The position numbers were made by a program, and so were the translations under genes. Source: Paragordius varius (Eukaryota; Animalia; Nematomorpha). Taken from it: 64,000 bases of DNA. Below the pieces are notes generated by a model. It was not told the origin of the DNA, did no database searches, and saw only the letters and a program-made list of their open reading frames with translations. How positions within the stretch are numbered: position 1 is the stretch's first letter; every line of letters starts with the position of its first letter. Positions 1 to 12,680 of this stretch are shown here, piece after piece. The stretch covers positions 682,001 through 746,000 of the forward strand of contig OZ176055.1 of assembly GCA_964247055.1 (NCBI GenBank), read 5' to 3'.

Positions 1-2476
1 AAAGCTATTGAATACCATGTTAATATTCAACATTATTTACTACCATTAATTTTAGATGCTTTTGGTTTTGGTCCTTACAAGTGGTTTAAGAAAGTTATTT
101 ACATTTATATAGCTGCTCCAATTCGTATAATTTTTTTGGTGAAAGTTAATTTATAATAGCACCAATATATATAACTATATGCAAAAAATGTAAAAACATT
201 GTTACCAAATTTTAAATTAAACATGTGAGACACGAAATACTGTTTTTTGGAGGTAAAGGGGATATATCTCTTAAAATCGAGGCGAAAGGGCCGAGATTGC
301 ACGAAAAACACTTTACGCTAAATTTTACAAACAAAAAAATTTTCCGAAAAAATGGATATTTTGCTCACAAATCTAATTTCCCGGAATATTTGGTGAAGCT
401 TTTAAGTAAAAATATTTTTCCTATCATTCTATGATAAACAATTCTCTCACATCGCTTTTATATTAATAGTTTGTTTTAATATATTTAAATAATAAAGACG
501 AAATATCAAAATTTTATAATAGAGATGCTTAGCATTATATTTTTATAACTAAAATTTTTTGAACACATATTTTGAGAAATATATATTTTTGATGTCATAA
601 CTACGATATACTTGTAACCTGTTAAAATATATTCGATTGGTGTTATGCTAGATAGTTCGGAATTCGATTGGCCACCAATGTTGCTAAAAAACGAAAATGA
701 AATTAGAGTTTTGAGGCTAATTTATATAATACTTTTCAGATGTATTTATACAATTTTTTGTAAAAGTAAATTGCATGTATATAAAATTAATAATCATTCC
801 TTACAATATTTGCATGATATATACAAAAAAGATATACAAGTAAACTAAATATGTTATTTGCATCATTATAAACTATGCAAATATTATTCACGACAATTTG
901 TAACATGCATACAAAAATATAATTTGCATATGTAACAGATAGGAAAATATATCAGGATAATCAGGGTGTTTTATACTTTTTTTGTATATGCACTGAATCT
1001 GAAAATAGCATTGTTTTACTTCCTTGCGGCCTTTTGGAAATGAAAAAATTTCAGAGAGCTGGCGCGATAAAAAATTTCAATATATGTTAAATTTAGAACT
1101 ATGTGGCATTATGGAAACGGTATAAAAACGGTTAAAACATTAACACTTTTTCTCGATTCCATTCCATGATGCTGAACAATCTATGACCTCAGATTTTTGA
1201 TTAGTACATTCCATCTTTGATTATGTTATATCAAATTTGTGTTTTTTTACATACAATATATTGAAGCAAACGAACCTTTATTTAAAAATCATGAAGAGAT
1301 AGTTCAGATAAATAATATAGAAAAGATGTTTTTATAATGTTTTAAAGCTTTTTTATACCTTTTCTATCATCCCTCATACTATGCAGTATGCTTCAACATT
1401 TTTTTCAAAAATTTACGCTTTGATATCAACTAAAAATATTTTTAAAGATATTTTCATATTTTTCGTGGATGTCAAATTTAGCAATTAGCTTAATTTTTCT
1501 CGTGCAATCTCAGCATTTTGCTTCTATAATAAGAAAATAATTTAGAAGAAAAATATAATTTTTGATTTTGTGGTTTATATAGTTTATTATCTATTGTGAT
1601 ATTTTGTTATGAAGCCTAGCTTTCACTTATTTAAAAACTGTGCGCAAATATGGCATTTTCTGACACAAAGCACTTGCAACAAAAGAGTAAATAATTTTCT
1701 TAAATGCGCAAGGGCCAAAAAGCATTTTGTTAATCGTGATACATTTTCTAAAAGCACATGTATTTTCATCAGCTTATATTCTTAAAACCTCCGATTTCTG
1801 CAGTGTGCAAAATTTAAAAAAATGAAAATTGTAAAATATCTTTATCTCAAACTTTTCGCCACATTTTTTTATATATTTTCGCTAAAGCAACTGGCAACTA
1901 AATATATACTTTGTCTAGAAAATGTAAAAGAAAGCTTTCAGACTATATATTACCAGCAAAAATATTTATTTCAATTATATTAGTTGTCGTTCCAATCGTT
2001 TCCCCAATATTTTTTAAGAACTAACAAAACTGTAAAAATAGAAGATATTTATGAGAGCAATTCTTGACAATTAAATTTTAACTTAAATAATTTTCGGTTT
2101 ATTTACAAAATTGAGAAAAATATAAACTACTCCAATATTTCAGCCACAAAAAAGTCAGAAACTATTATATATAATGTATAATGCTTTATAAGAAATTAAC
2201 CATTTAGTTTGTATTAAAATAAAGTTTCATTAATAAGATATGAAATATTGTAATTTTTCGGTATGAAGTTCTGAGCACTTGCTACAAAGGTATAAATATT
2301 TTTTTATATATATCCTTGGGTTTCACACCAAAAGCACCAAACTATTGCTGTTATATTTATCTACCAGCGAATATTATTTTCAGGATAATTTTTAAACTCC
2401 TGAATTTGTATATAATTTGCAGAAATAAATATTTTTCATCAGAATATATGTGTGCATTGATACAATATGATAACCC

Positions 2477-5400
2477 ATGCTTAAAATTTTGGGCTTAACA
2501 GGTTACATTTTGAATAATTATTATTAGTAAGTGACACATGTTATAAAGATAATAGTCAAGACCAATCAAGGTTGGCGATGCTTGATGTTTTGAAAAACAT
2601 ATTCGGCCAGTAAATTATTATGAATTTATGAAAGAAAGTTTGAATTTTGCCATCAATTTTGCCCGGATGATGCACATTTGATACAAAAATCTATACTTTC
2701 ATATGTAAAACTAGAGTATAATATGATAATAACTTCGGGTGGAACTGGTTTAAGTATAAGAGATGTTACACCTGAAACTTGTCAGCGTTTATTTACGAAA
2801 GATCTTCCAGGAATGGCTTTGCTCATGATGACGGAGTCTCTTAAAGTAATCCTTCTCTTTGTTGTCTAAAGATTTTGCTTATTTTAAACCATATAGGCGC
2901 TTTTCATGAATTTTTTGAAATTTGCAGTAAAGAAGGTAATTGTATAATAAAAGGTTTTATGCTGGAAATTAAAACATCAATTAGTCAATTATTATTTGAT
3001 AAGCCGTTTATTACTTTTAAATTTATTTTGCATAATTTTTATCTCAAATATTAAAATTTTAGAAAGTATGTTTGAATAAGATACTCCTTAAACTAATTTT
3101 GCAAAAAAATGAAAAATTATTGTGTTAAGTTAAAGTATAAACAGAATAATTTAGGTTTAAACTTATAAAAAAATATATTTTAAGCGTTTTGTTTTTTTAA
3201 TTATCTTCTCGTTTTAATAAAGCCTAAAATTTTCCAAAATTGTACATTAGATATGACTTTTTCCGTAATTGTGTTAATACTAACAATTATAATATATATT
3301 CCACCTATACATATAATTATTTAAAATTTTAACAATATCTTACAAAGTCAATCTTTTGTCTTCTATATATACAAAGATTACACCATTCGCAAGTCTTTCC
3401 CGTTTGTGTTGTGGTTTAATTGACAGAACATTAGTCATAAATCTCCCTGGGAGCCCTAAGGGTCTTCGAGAAAATTTAGTAGCACTGAAATGTATTTTAC
3501 CTCATGCACTTGAAATACTTTACGATACAAATCAAGAATCTACTCGTCATTTACATTCAAATGATTCAACGACATCATCCCTTGTTTTGATGGCTGAAAA
3601 AAGTGGATATATTTCCGACCATTTCCTTACCAATAAAAGTGGTGGAAAAGAAAGGCATTCAAAATACCCCAAAGTGTCTGAGGACCAGGCACTAACCCTG
3701 ATCTCTGAACAAATTAATTATTATTCGTTAAATTGCAAAAATCCTTCTTATAAGTCTTATGAAACGAAACAATTAAAACAATTGATTGAGGAGGATTCCA
3801 ATAAGCATTGCAATATCCTAGGAGAAGATGTGCATTCTCCTATCAATATTCCACAATACCCGACTTCAACGAAAGATGGATATGCTATAAATTTGGCCGA
3901 ACTCACCCCCGACAGATTTGACAATACATTTAAAATTGTATACAATGAAATAAAAGATTATTCTTATGCTATTTGCGAACGTGATTCTCAAAATATTGCC
4001 TACAAACTATATACAGGCAGTGTGGTTCCCGACCATTTTGATACAGTAATCCAAGTGAGTCTGAGTTTAAATTTAAGTAGACATAAAATTAATTTTAAAA
4101 AATAAATATATGATAACTATATTTTTATCTGTGAGCACACTATTTTCATTACAATATATCAATAGCTTGAAGATACTAGGATTGTAGAATTTGATGCCGT
4201 GATTAAAATAGAACTGGGTATACAAATAAACGCAAAAGCGTTAAAATCCGCTCATAAAGGACAAAATATTCGTTTGACAGGTTCGGACATTGCTCAACAT
4301 CAACTTGTATGTCAGCAAGGCACCCTACTCCAACCTTATCATATAGGTTTACTTATTTTTCATTCCTTTTACAGGCATGATATACTACAAATTTGCCAGA
4401 AATGAAAGTTTTTTAACATTATTGTATAATCGTAATAAAAATGTGAATAAACATTAATCGGCAATCGCTTACATGCAAAGAGGAGAATGTTTTAAAAGGC
4501 ACGGTGTTTAAAAATCAAGTCACATGCGTTGTTATTATAAAATTGGTTGGCTATTTAATGTTTAATACTAATTTTTATTTTTTTTTAAAAAAATGCCTAA
4601 AGGTATAAAACTTTGGCATACCATTTACAGTTTAAATTCACCCTTGAACAATTCAAATTCACCCTAAAAATAAATTATGTGTTTTTGAACTAATATAACT
4701 CATTATTAATATGAAATATATGTTTATGGTTTAGTTTATTATTTTTTCAGTAAATTTTAATTTAAAACAAAATTTTTATTTTTTAAAAACATATAAAATA
4801 TAGGTAATTTTTAATCTTAAAAAATTTCATTTGAGGGTATTTAAATTGTTCAAGGGTGAAATTGAATTGTAAATGGTATATATACATAATGCGATTGTGG
4901 AAAAAATTTAGGAGATATGATCTCATCGTATTCTTTTTTGGAAGGGGGGAGGGGGGAGGGGGGAATAATTAAAAAATTGAAATTTTAATTAAATCTCTAT
5001 TACAAAATCAGTTGTTTCAATAATTTATTTACAAGGTAGACCCCAATAGGATATTTAAAATAAACAGCATCTATAAAGTATTTAACTTTTACGGATTATC
5101 ATATGACTGGTCTTATGGTGTTTATTAAGTTATAATCGTTTTCAAGTTTTTTGGAATCATCATAGCCAACTTAAATATTCATTACAATAACATTAAATTC
5201 CTATTAAAAAGGCTCATTATGTGGTTATTGTGCCATGTTTTTTTCTCACAATCCGGTAGGGAGTTATATTATAATATAATATTTTACAAATATTCAAAAA
5301 AATTATGAAAAAATAAAGTTTTTTTTCATTGTTTTTGTCTTCTAATGAAAGCTTGAAATGACTTACAAACTAGTTTCGTATTCGCTAAAATGTAGGGAGG

Positions 5401-7538
5401 AGCTTGCTCAATAATCAAAAAAGTGCTTGATTATGATCAGATAATAGCTAATTAATTTAACGCTGTTATTAAAGAAAAGCTTAGTATAATTGTGGTTGAT
5501 TATAGGAAAATCAATTTTATTTTTCTTATTATAGGTCTTTTCTCGATGATTGGATGCTGCGAATTAAAATGTGTTATTAAACCCAAAATCGCTATATTTT
5601 CGACCGGAGATGAAGTGTTGGAAAGTAGTGAGGAAAACGTGAAATACCCTATTTTAAAAGTTTGTATGTTGTCTTTAAAATGCCTAAAATTTTGCTGATT
5701 AAGGTTTTATTTTTTTATATCAAGTTAATTACGGTTTTTCGTTAAAACACCTATTTAAATTTAATTATAACCTCAAACATGTCAATTTTACTTTTAAATT
5801 ATTTGTTTTTAGACTAAATTAACGCAAAATTTAATTTTTGGTATGATTTTTCATAAATTTTCGTTACTCCGTTTTGAGGTTGAATTTGAAATTATGAAGG
5901 GTGAATTTGAAATGTTACATAGTTAATCTCAAATGTTCAAGGATGAAAAAGTTTTTTAAATAAAAACAGAAAGGTCAAGTATGGGATTCGAATGGGCCTA
6001 TGCTTTGTTCACTCTTCTCCAAACATGGTTTTGAATGTCAATCCTTTGGCATTATCCCTGACTCTACGACGGCATTACACGAAATGTTTCACACCATTAC
6101 ATCTGGGAACCGAAAGGAAAATGGCTCTTTGCAAACTGAAAATTGGCAACCATACAATGTCATTGTTACGACTGGTGGGGTATCCATGGGCGATAAAGAT
6201 TACATTAAAGATGTAATGATTGAAATGATGCTTTTTTTACATGTCATTTATGCCTTAATGCAAATAAGAATTAGGGACTATCTTATAGTTGTTTGTATTT
6301 AAACAAAGATTGTTTGAGAAAGCCCTGGATAAACTTGTAATATGAATAGTTTTAAATATGTTGTTAGTTAAAAAATGTATAATAATTATTGTTCGGAGCC
6401 TATAAATATCTTAATGTATCTCTTATTATCAACAATATAGATTAAAAATGGTGGCTTTTAGTTTACCTTAAAGCATTTCTAGGTTTTAACGCCTTGCACA
6501 TAATATCTATTTTATTTTATAAAATGATTACTGTTGTAAGCTATAAATATGAAATCACATTAATATGTTTTACATTTTTATTGTCTTTTGTTTAATGTTA
6601 TGATATTCCACCATGCCTAAAGGTGATACTTGAGATGGGTGGAACGATTCATTTTGGACGTGTGGACCTTAAACCCGGGATGCCTACAACCTATTCAACT
6701 TTTTGCGTTGATGATGATAGTCCACATAAAAATACGGTCTTTCACATTTTTTCCCTACCGGGTAATCCGGTTTCGGCTTATGTTATGTCCCTAATTTTTG
6801 TACTCCCAGCCCTTGCTCAACTATGTGGCCTTCCAGACCCCAAACGTAATGCCTTTATAAAACGTGCCAAAGCTAAGGTTAGTTTTCGACTATATATATA
6901 TGTGTTAAAACGAAATTGTTTTAGTGTAAATTTTGGGGGACGAGAAAGTCAAAATATCAAGTATTACATTAAACATATTTTCAGCCGTTTTTAATGTAAA
7001 AAGCTTTTTCAATCGAAGCTATTTTAACATCATATAAATTTATGAATTTTACTATTATCCGTTTATTATTCGTTTTAATATGAAATGAAAAATTCTAATT
7101 TCAATTTTTCAAAAAAACAACTGTTTTTATCTATTGAACACCCCAATTTATCAGATTCCGTATGGTTGTGAGTTTTTTCTCCATCCAAAAAATACAAAAA
7201 TTAGAAAACCCACATGTTTGACCCCCCCCCCCCCCGAAATTCGGCACATATATTAATATGACTGATAACGATACTATAAATATTTTTTTTCATTGTTTTA
7301 GTTAACTCATGACATATTACTTGATGATATGCGACCGGAATATGCACGAGGGAAAACAACAGGCCATGATCCCATAACTGGACATTTATGTGTACAATTA
7401 TTATCACAAACGATAAATCAAATGAGTTCCAATCTTATGAGTTTAGCTGATGCCGATGGTCTCATCTACTGTCCGAAAAAGGCGCATGACAAACAACTGC
7501 TTTACACCAATGAAATTGTCGATATTATATATTTATAA
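2477..7538 (+). CDS. GPHN: Gephyrin / cinnamon-type molybdenum cofactor synthesis protein (MogA G domain + MoeA E domain), 9 exons
   Basis: Exons 2477-2501, 2528-2609, 2635-2845, 3377-4054, 4166-4346, 5535-5659, 5970-6212, 6623-6877, 7302-7538, all GT-AG and phase-consistent. Motifs: MLKILGLTVSDTC, TSGGTG..RDVTPE, TLVINLPGSPKG, STKDGYA, IFSTGDE, DSNG, TTGGVSMGDKDY, LKPGMP, LPGNPVSA, RPEY, NQMSSNLMS. Confidence 0.93.
2502..2527 (+). other. 26-nt micro-intron (gephyrin intron 1)
   Basis: GTTACATTTTGAATAATTATTATTAG; removal joins MLKILGLT to VSDTC. Confidence 0.85.
2610..2634 (+). other. 25-nt micro-intron (gephyrin intron 2)
   Basis: GTAAATTATTATGAATTTATGAAAG; read-through hits TAA, removal restores the frame into CPDD..TSGGTG. 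Confidence 0.85.
4619..4878. mobile_element. MITE family A (TACCATTTACA ends, 21-bp subterminal repeats)
   Basis: TIRs plus the shared internal AAAATAAATTATGTGTTTT core; in gephyrin intron 5. Confidence 0.85.
4944..4963 (+). repeat. G6AG6AG6 tract (G-quadruplex potential)
   Basis: Direct inspection. Confidence 0.8.
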
Positions 7539-7958
7539 ATTATTATCAAATTTAAATTTATACACGCGGAGAATTATTGAATAATACGGTTTTAGATTTT
7601 TTTGTGAGTACGTTTTGTATTTCTTTACAATCACATACATAAATACAGGTCATTACATAACATTGTATTCTTATATCTATATTTTTGGAGACGCGAATTA
7701 AAATTAGGGAATCAATCGTATTGTTGATATCTTTTACATTTTTGTTTATATTAAAATTCCTGCGAAATATTCATTGAATTATCAAATATTAAAATTATTA
7801 TTCAAAATACTAAAATTACCATTTTTTTCGTTGCCAAGAAATTTATTTGACGCTTATGTTGGGAATCTGAATTTACGGTAAAAATTGGAATTACACGGAC
7901 AAAACATAAAATATAAAGACATATAATTTTTCATATAATTATCAAATCTTGATTTATA

Positions 7959-8385
7959 TACCATTTACAGCTCAAATCCACCCTTAAACAATTTAAATTC
8001 ACCCTCAATTCAAATTCACCCTCAATTCAAATTCACCCTCGAACAATTCAAATACACCCTTGAACAATTCAAATTCACCCTAAAAATAAATTATGTGTTT
8101 TCGAACTAATTTAACTCATAATTAATGAGAAATATATCTTTATGGCATAGTTTATTATTTTTTCAGTATTATTCAAATTTAACAAAATTTTTATTTTTTT
8201 AAAATATAAAAAAATATTGGGTAATTTTTAATCTAAAAACATATATTTTATTTGAGGGTGAATTTGAATTGTTTAAGGGTGAATTTGAATTGTTCAAGGG
8301 TGAATTTGAATTGTTCAAGGGTGAATTTGAATTGTTTAAGGGTGAATTTGAATTGTTTAAGGGTGAATTTGAATTGTAAATGGTA
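7959..8385. mobile_element. MITE family A with expanded 21-bp arrays
   Basis: TA|TACCATTTACA...TGTAAATGGTA|TA; several (GAACAATTCAAATTCACCCTT)-type units at each end in inverted orientation. Confidence 0.9.
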
Positions 8386-8688
8386 TACAAAACATTGTTA
8401 TCAACTGCAAGTTTGAAATTAAATGTATCTTGGTAACACAACCAATTATATATTTTAATATAGTGAATAAATATTATGAAAAAATTGATAGTCCTTTTGA
8501 TAAAAAAATATTTGTCTTTATATTTTTACGTTTCATCCGTATAATTTTACTCTAACAACATATTCTAGACTTTGCTAAATAATGTAAATAACTAAATTTA
8601 CTGGTGCGTTCATAAGGGGTATTTAAACTAAAATTTAACACCAATTACAAGAAAATATTAATTTTACTAACTCAATTTTTTATAAAAA

Positions 8689-8976
8689 CAGTAAAAATTG
8701 AAATTATACAGACACTTAAAAATATATATTTAAACATTTTTATTTAAAAGACAACCATACTTTTCAAAACCTAAATGTTTCCTATAAAAGCTACTTAGTT
8801 ACAATTGTAAAATATAGAATTGATTGTGGTATTATTATATATCTCTTTCAGACTTTGTCCTTCAAAACAATGAGTTATATTTGAAAACGTAGGATTTAAA
8901 AGTATGGTTGTCTTTTAGAAAAAAATATTTGTCTTCATATTCTTACATTTTCTCCGTATAATTTTAGTTTTTACTG
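8689..8976. mobile_element. MITE family C (Tc1/mariner-like, CAGTAAAA ends, ~70-bp TIR)
   Basis: CAGTAAAAATTGAAATTATAC..AAGACAACCATAC / inverse ..TTTTACTG|TA. Confidence 0.8.
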
Positions 8977-9182
8977 TAATATCGAAAAACGCGATGGCAG
9001 TGATACTCAAGCCATAGCCCTAAAAATGTTTATGGCCCTGAAATATTTAATAAATTCTCATTTTTTATGTAAAGTATGAAATAGAGATGATGGGTATCAA
9101 TCAATTATGTATTTTACGATTAAAAGTATAGAGTAAATTAAGGTTTAAAAAAGTACTTATCGCTTTGTTAAAAAGGAAAAAA

Positions 9183-9730
9183 GACGTATTCCCTGTTTAA
9201 AGGCAAAAATTTTAGTCAAGCGTCTCTTGGATGATAGCTGCTGGGTAGTGAGCTACCCGTTAAAAACTGATTCCTCATGTAACTTTGTATCTGTTTCCGG
9301 AAAACCGGTAGACTCAATCAAATCCAAATATCGAAATAATATAATCATTAAGGAATGCCCCGACGATAGCTTTGCCCTTTTTTGGAATTAGGTCCCCAGT
9401 TCGGGCCTACCCCGTGTAAACAGGTTGAGACAATTTTCCGGAGAACGTGTTGAACCATTCAATTTCAAATATGATTTTAATTTATTTATTTTTGATGGCG
9501 TTGAACAGTCGACTCATTTTTTTGATTTAGGCCCTCTTTTTACCCGCTCCCCCCGTAAAATGCCATTTTTTTCAAAAAAAAACAAAGTCCACAAAAATAA
9601 TTTTTTGATTGTTTGTTTTTTTGCCCAATGTATGAGACTGTAAAATTCAATAAGGATTTTTCGTATTCCCTGTTAAAAGGCAAAAATTTTAGTCAAGCGT
9701 TTCTTTGATTATATCTGCTGAGTAAGGAGT
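9183..9730 (+). repeat. Truncated second copy of the Helitron internal repeat unit
   Basis: Same unit sequence (GTCAAGCGT..GATAGCTGCTGGGTAG..CCGGAAAACCGGT..) lying just upstream of the TC terminus; no termini found. Confidence 0.75.
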
Positions 9731-9780
9731 CTCTATCATATTTATAGGATAATATGGATAATAAACATTATTTATGGTAA

Positions 9781-10915
9781 TCTATATATTTATAAAAATG
9801 GAAAATGCTGGCTTTGTGATCTGGTACCGGAAAACCGGTAGACCCATTCAATCCAAACTTCGAAAAAATATAATCATTAATGAATGCCCCGACACAAGCT
9901 TCGCCCTTTTTTGAAATAGGCCCCCAGTTCGGGCCCACCCCGTGTGAAAAACGGTTTTTTTTAAAAACAGAAGTCCACAAAAATCGTGTCTTTGAGACAA
10001 TTTTCTGGAGAACGTGTTGGACCATTCAATTTTTAATATGATTTTTGCTTACTTATTTTCGATTGCGCCGAACATAGTCGTCTCGCTTTTTTAATTTAGG
10101 TCATCTTTTTACCCGCTCCCCCCGTAAAATGCCATTTTTTCAAAAAAAAAGCCCACAAAAATAATTTTTTACATCTATTTTTCGCCCTAGGTATGAGACC
10201 GTAAAAATTCAATATGGATTCCACGTATTCCCTGATAAAAGGTAAAAATTTTAGTCAAGCGTCTCTTGGATGATAGCTGCTGGGTAGAGAGCTACCCGTT
10301 AAAAACTAATTCCTCATCTAACTTTGTGATCTGTTTCCGGAAAACCGGTGAACCCAATCAAATTCAAATATCGAAATAATATAATCCTTAAATGTCCCGA
10401 CGGTAGCTTCGCGCTTTTTTTGAAATAGGCACCCAGTTCGGGCCTACCCCGTGTAAAATACAGGTTGTGACAATTTTCCGGAGAACGTGTTGAACTATTC
10501 AATTTCAAATATAATTTTTGTTTACTTATTTTTGATCTCTCCGAACATAGTCGACTCACATTTTTGATTTAGGCCCTCTTTTTACCCGCTCCTCCCGTAA
10601 AATGCCATTTTTTCAAAAAACAAAGTCCACAAAAATAATTTTTTACATCTATTTTTCGCCCTAGGTATAAGACCGTAAAAATTCAATTTGGATTCCACGT
10701 ATTCCTTGTTAAAAGGCAGAAATCTTAGTCAAGCGTTTCTTTGATGATAGCTGCTGGGTAAGGAGCTACCCGCTAAAAACTGATTCCTCATGTAACTTGA
10801 TCTGGTACCGGAAAACCGGTAGACCCATTTAATTCCAAACTTCGAACCCCCCCCCATCCCCCCAGAAGTCCGAAGGACTTCCTCGGGCTGCGTAGCAGCA
10901 CGAGATTTCCGCTAG
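9781..10915 (+). mobile_element. Non-autonomous Helitron with ~480-bp internal tandem repeats
   Basis: 5' A|TCTATATATTTATAAAAATG; 3' hairpin CTCG-G-GCTGC-GTA-GCAGC-A-CGAG (10882-10904), 7 nt, then CTAG|T; no TSD or TIR. Confidence 0.8.
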
Positions 10916-11681
10916 TTAATAATAAATACATTAACTTGAAACCAAATTTTAGTTATATTCTGCCATTATCCGTCCTGCACTAAACTACGGCACGGAATGT
11001 TGGCCCATGACAAAGTCCAACCTTGGTAAATTATAAAACTCAGAATCCAAAATACTCAAAACAATCCTTTTGTATATAATCCTAAACTCTATAACTTTAA
11101 TAATCAATTCGAGCCTTATAAAATCCTCAAAATCACTGCTCTTGACCCCTTTCTAAGAGCCAAAAGACTAAGATGGGCTGGTCACATCCATTGTAGACCA
11201 CCAGATAATTATATACATATAATGATGTCCTACTCCACAACTAAACCTGGCACACCCTTCAAAAGCTGGATCAGTACTATATATCAGGGGTTCTTAAACT
11301 ATGGGTCGCGACCCCATTTGGGGTCGCGTAGCAAAATTATGGGGTCGCGAGTGATAAAAATACAATTTAAAATGTTTTTTAACCTGTATAATAATTGTTA
11401 TAAAAATAACAATTATCGTATATATATATATCATCTGGTTCCGAAAAACTGTTTATAGCATTTCTCTTCCGAACGTAGCTAAATCACATGTTTTAATGAA
11501 GATTGAAGAAAAGATTGTCTTTGGGAACATCTTTTGTGAAAAAACAATTATATTTGCTCTTCTAGTTTTAATTTGTCAGTGCCCTCTGTAACAAGATTTT
11601 AGTTTTCTTTTTATTCGGTAATTAATAATCAAATATAATCTACATGTTATTTATTATTGTAATTTAGGATAAAAATAATTT

Positions 11682-11957
11682 TTGCCCATGGATAAATGGC
11701 TGTTAAGTAATGACGCAGATATTAGTCCAACAAATTCTTCTCAGTCAGGACAAAGTATTGGAAAAGAGACATCTAATGTGCGAAAAATAAAATATGATGA
11801 GTCTTTTCTTCAATTTGGCTTCACATTTCAAAATTGTTATGGTAATGAACAACCTCTTTGTTTGATATGCAATGAATTATTGGCTTTGGAAAGTATGAAA
11901 CCATCAAAATTAAGAAGTATTGAATCAAAGCATGTTTCGTATGTCAATAAACCCTAA
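11682..11957 (+). pseudogene. hAT transposase N-terminal BED-finger remnant
   Basis: KIKYDESFLQFGFT...PLCLICNELLALESMKPSKL...KH...KP. Confidence 0.85.
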
Positions 11958-11984
11958 AGAATATTTTGAAAGACTGTAATCTTG

Positions 11985-12680
11985 GTGTAATGTTAGAAAC
12001 TACGTAAAACCTCTTCAACATTTTTTATCACTGAACGATGTTGGGATTTAATGTTTGAAAGCTGAGAAAGTAACTTCACATAAATATGTGGTGTTGAATG
12101 GCAGAAGTACATTTCATGTCGGCGATTGATTGAGTAGTTTAGATCCAGAATTCATTCAAGGTATTTTTTTTGGGGAATGTAGTTTTAAGTTTGAGTCACA
12201 CGAAAGCTTAGCAAATTCCTCTTGAGTTTTAAGTGGCAGATGATCAATCCTACTTAACTAATCCAAGGCTTTTGAATCCAAATAATTTTTTTAATTATAT
12301 TTAATATAAAATATGTCAGGAAATGTATTTCTAGCGCTTTTTAGATCTACAATAGTTTTTCAATATATGTTTTACAATCAATTTTCTCAATTACAAAATT
12401 GTAACACTGGAAAACATTTCAAACCAATTTTTTCAACTCTACTTTTCCAAATGCTGATCTTTTTAATAAAACTTGCAATATCGCTTGAAGTATATATATG
12501 CATATTTTCCAGTGAAGATACAAGATGGAATCGTTTACTTCGCAAAAATATCCGATACATAGCCACAACTCATTTTGAAAAAAAGCAGCAAATTCTCATT
12601 TTTATTCAGTTAAAAATATTTCGATCTCGTCTTTCGATAACAATAATTATTTGGGTTTTAAGAGAGGGACAAAAATATAT
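11985..12680 (-). pseudogene. hAT transposase C-terminal half remnant, inverted relative to the BED finger
   Basis: Minus-strand fragments EIEIFL..FQNELWL..SDIFAK, SFIKKISIWKSRV..FP, QEEFAKLSCDSNLK..LNEFW, LPFNTTYLCEVTFS..KNVEEVLR, with frameshifts and stops. Confidence 0.75.

Noticed and set aside
7959-8385. CRISPR-like look of the short direct repeats (also 22875-23292 and the Helitron units)
   Set aside because: No unique spacers, no cas genes, eukaryotic context; these are TE-borne tandem repeats.
8199-8441. ORF with NNSNSPL heptad repeats
   Set aside because: Translation of the 21-bp subterminal array of MITE family A.
9425-10559. ORFs 9425-9643, 9768-10025 and 10314-10559
   Set aside because: They lie in the Helitron tandem units and are not conserved in frame between units.
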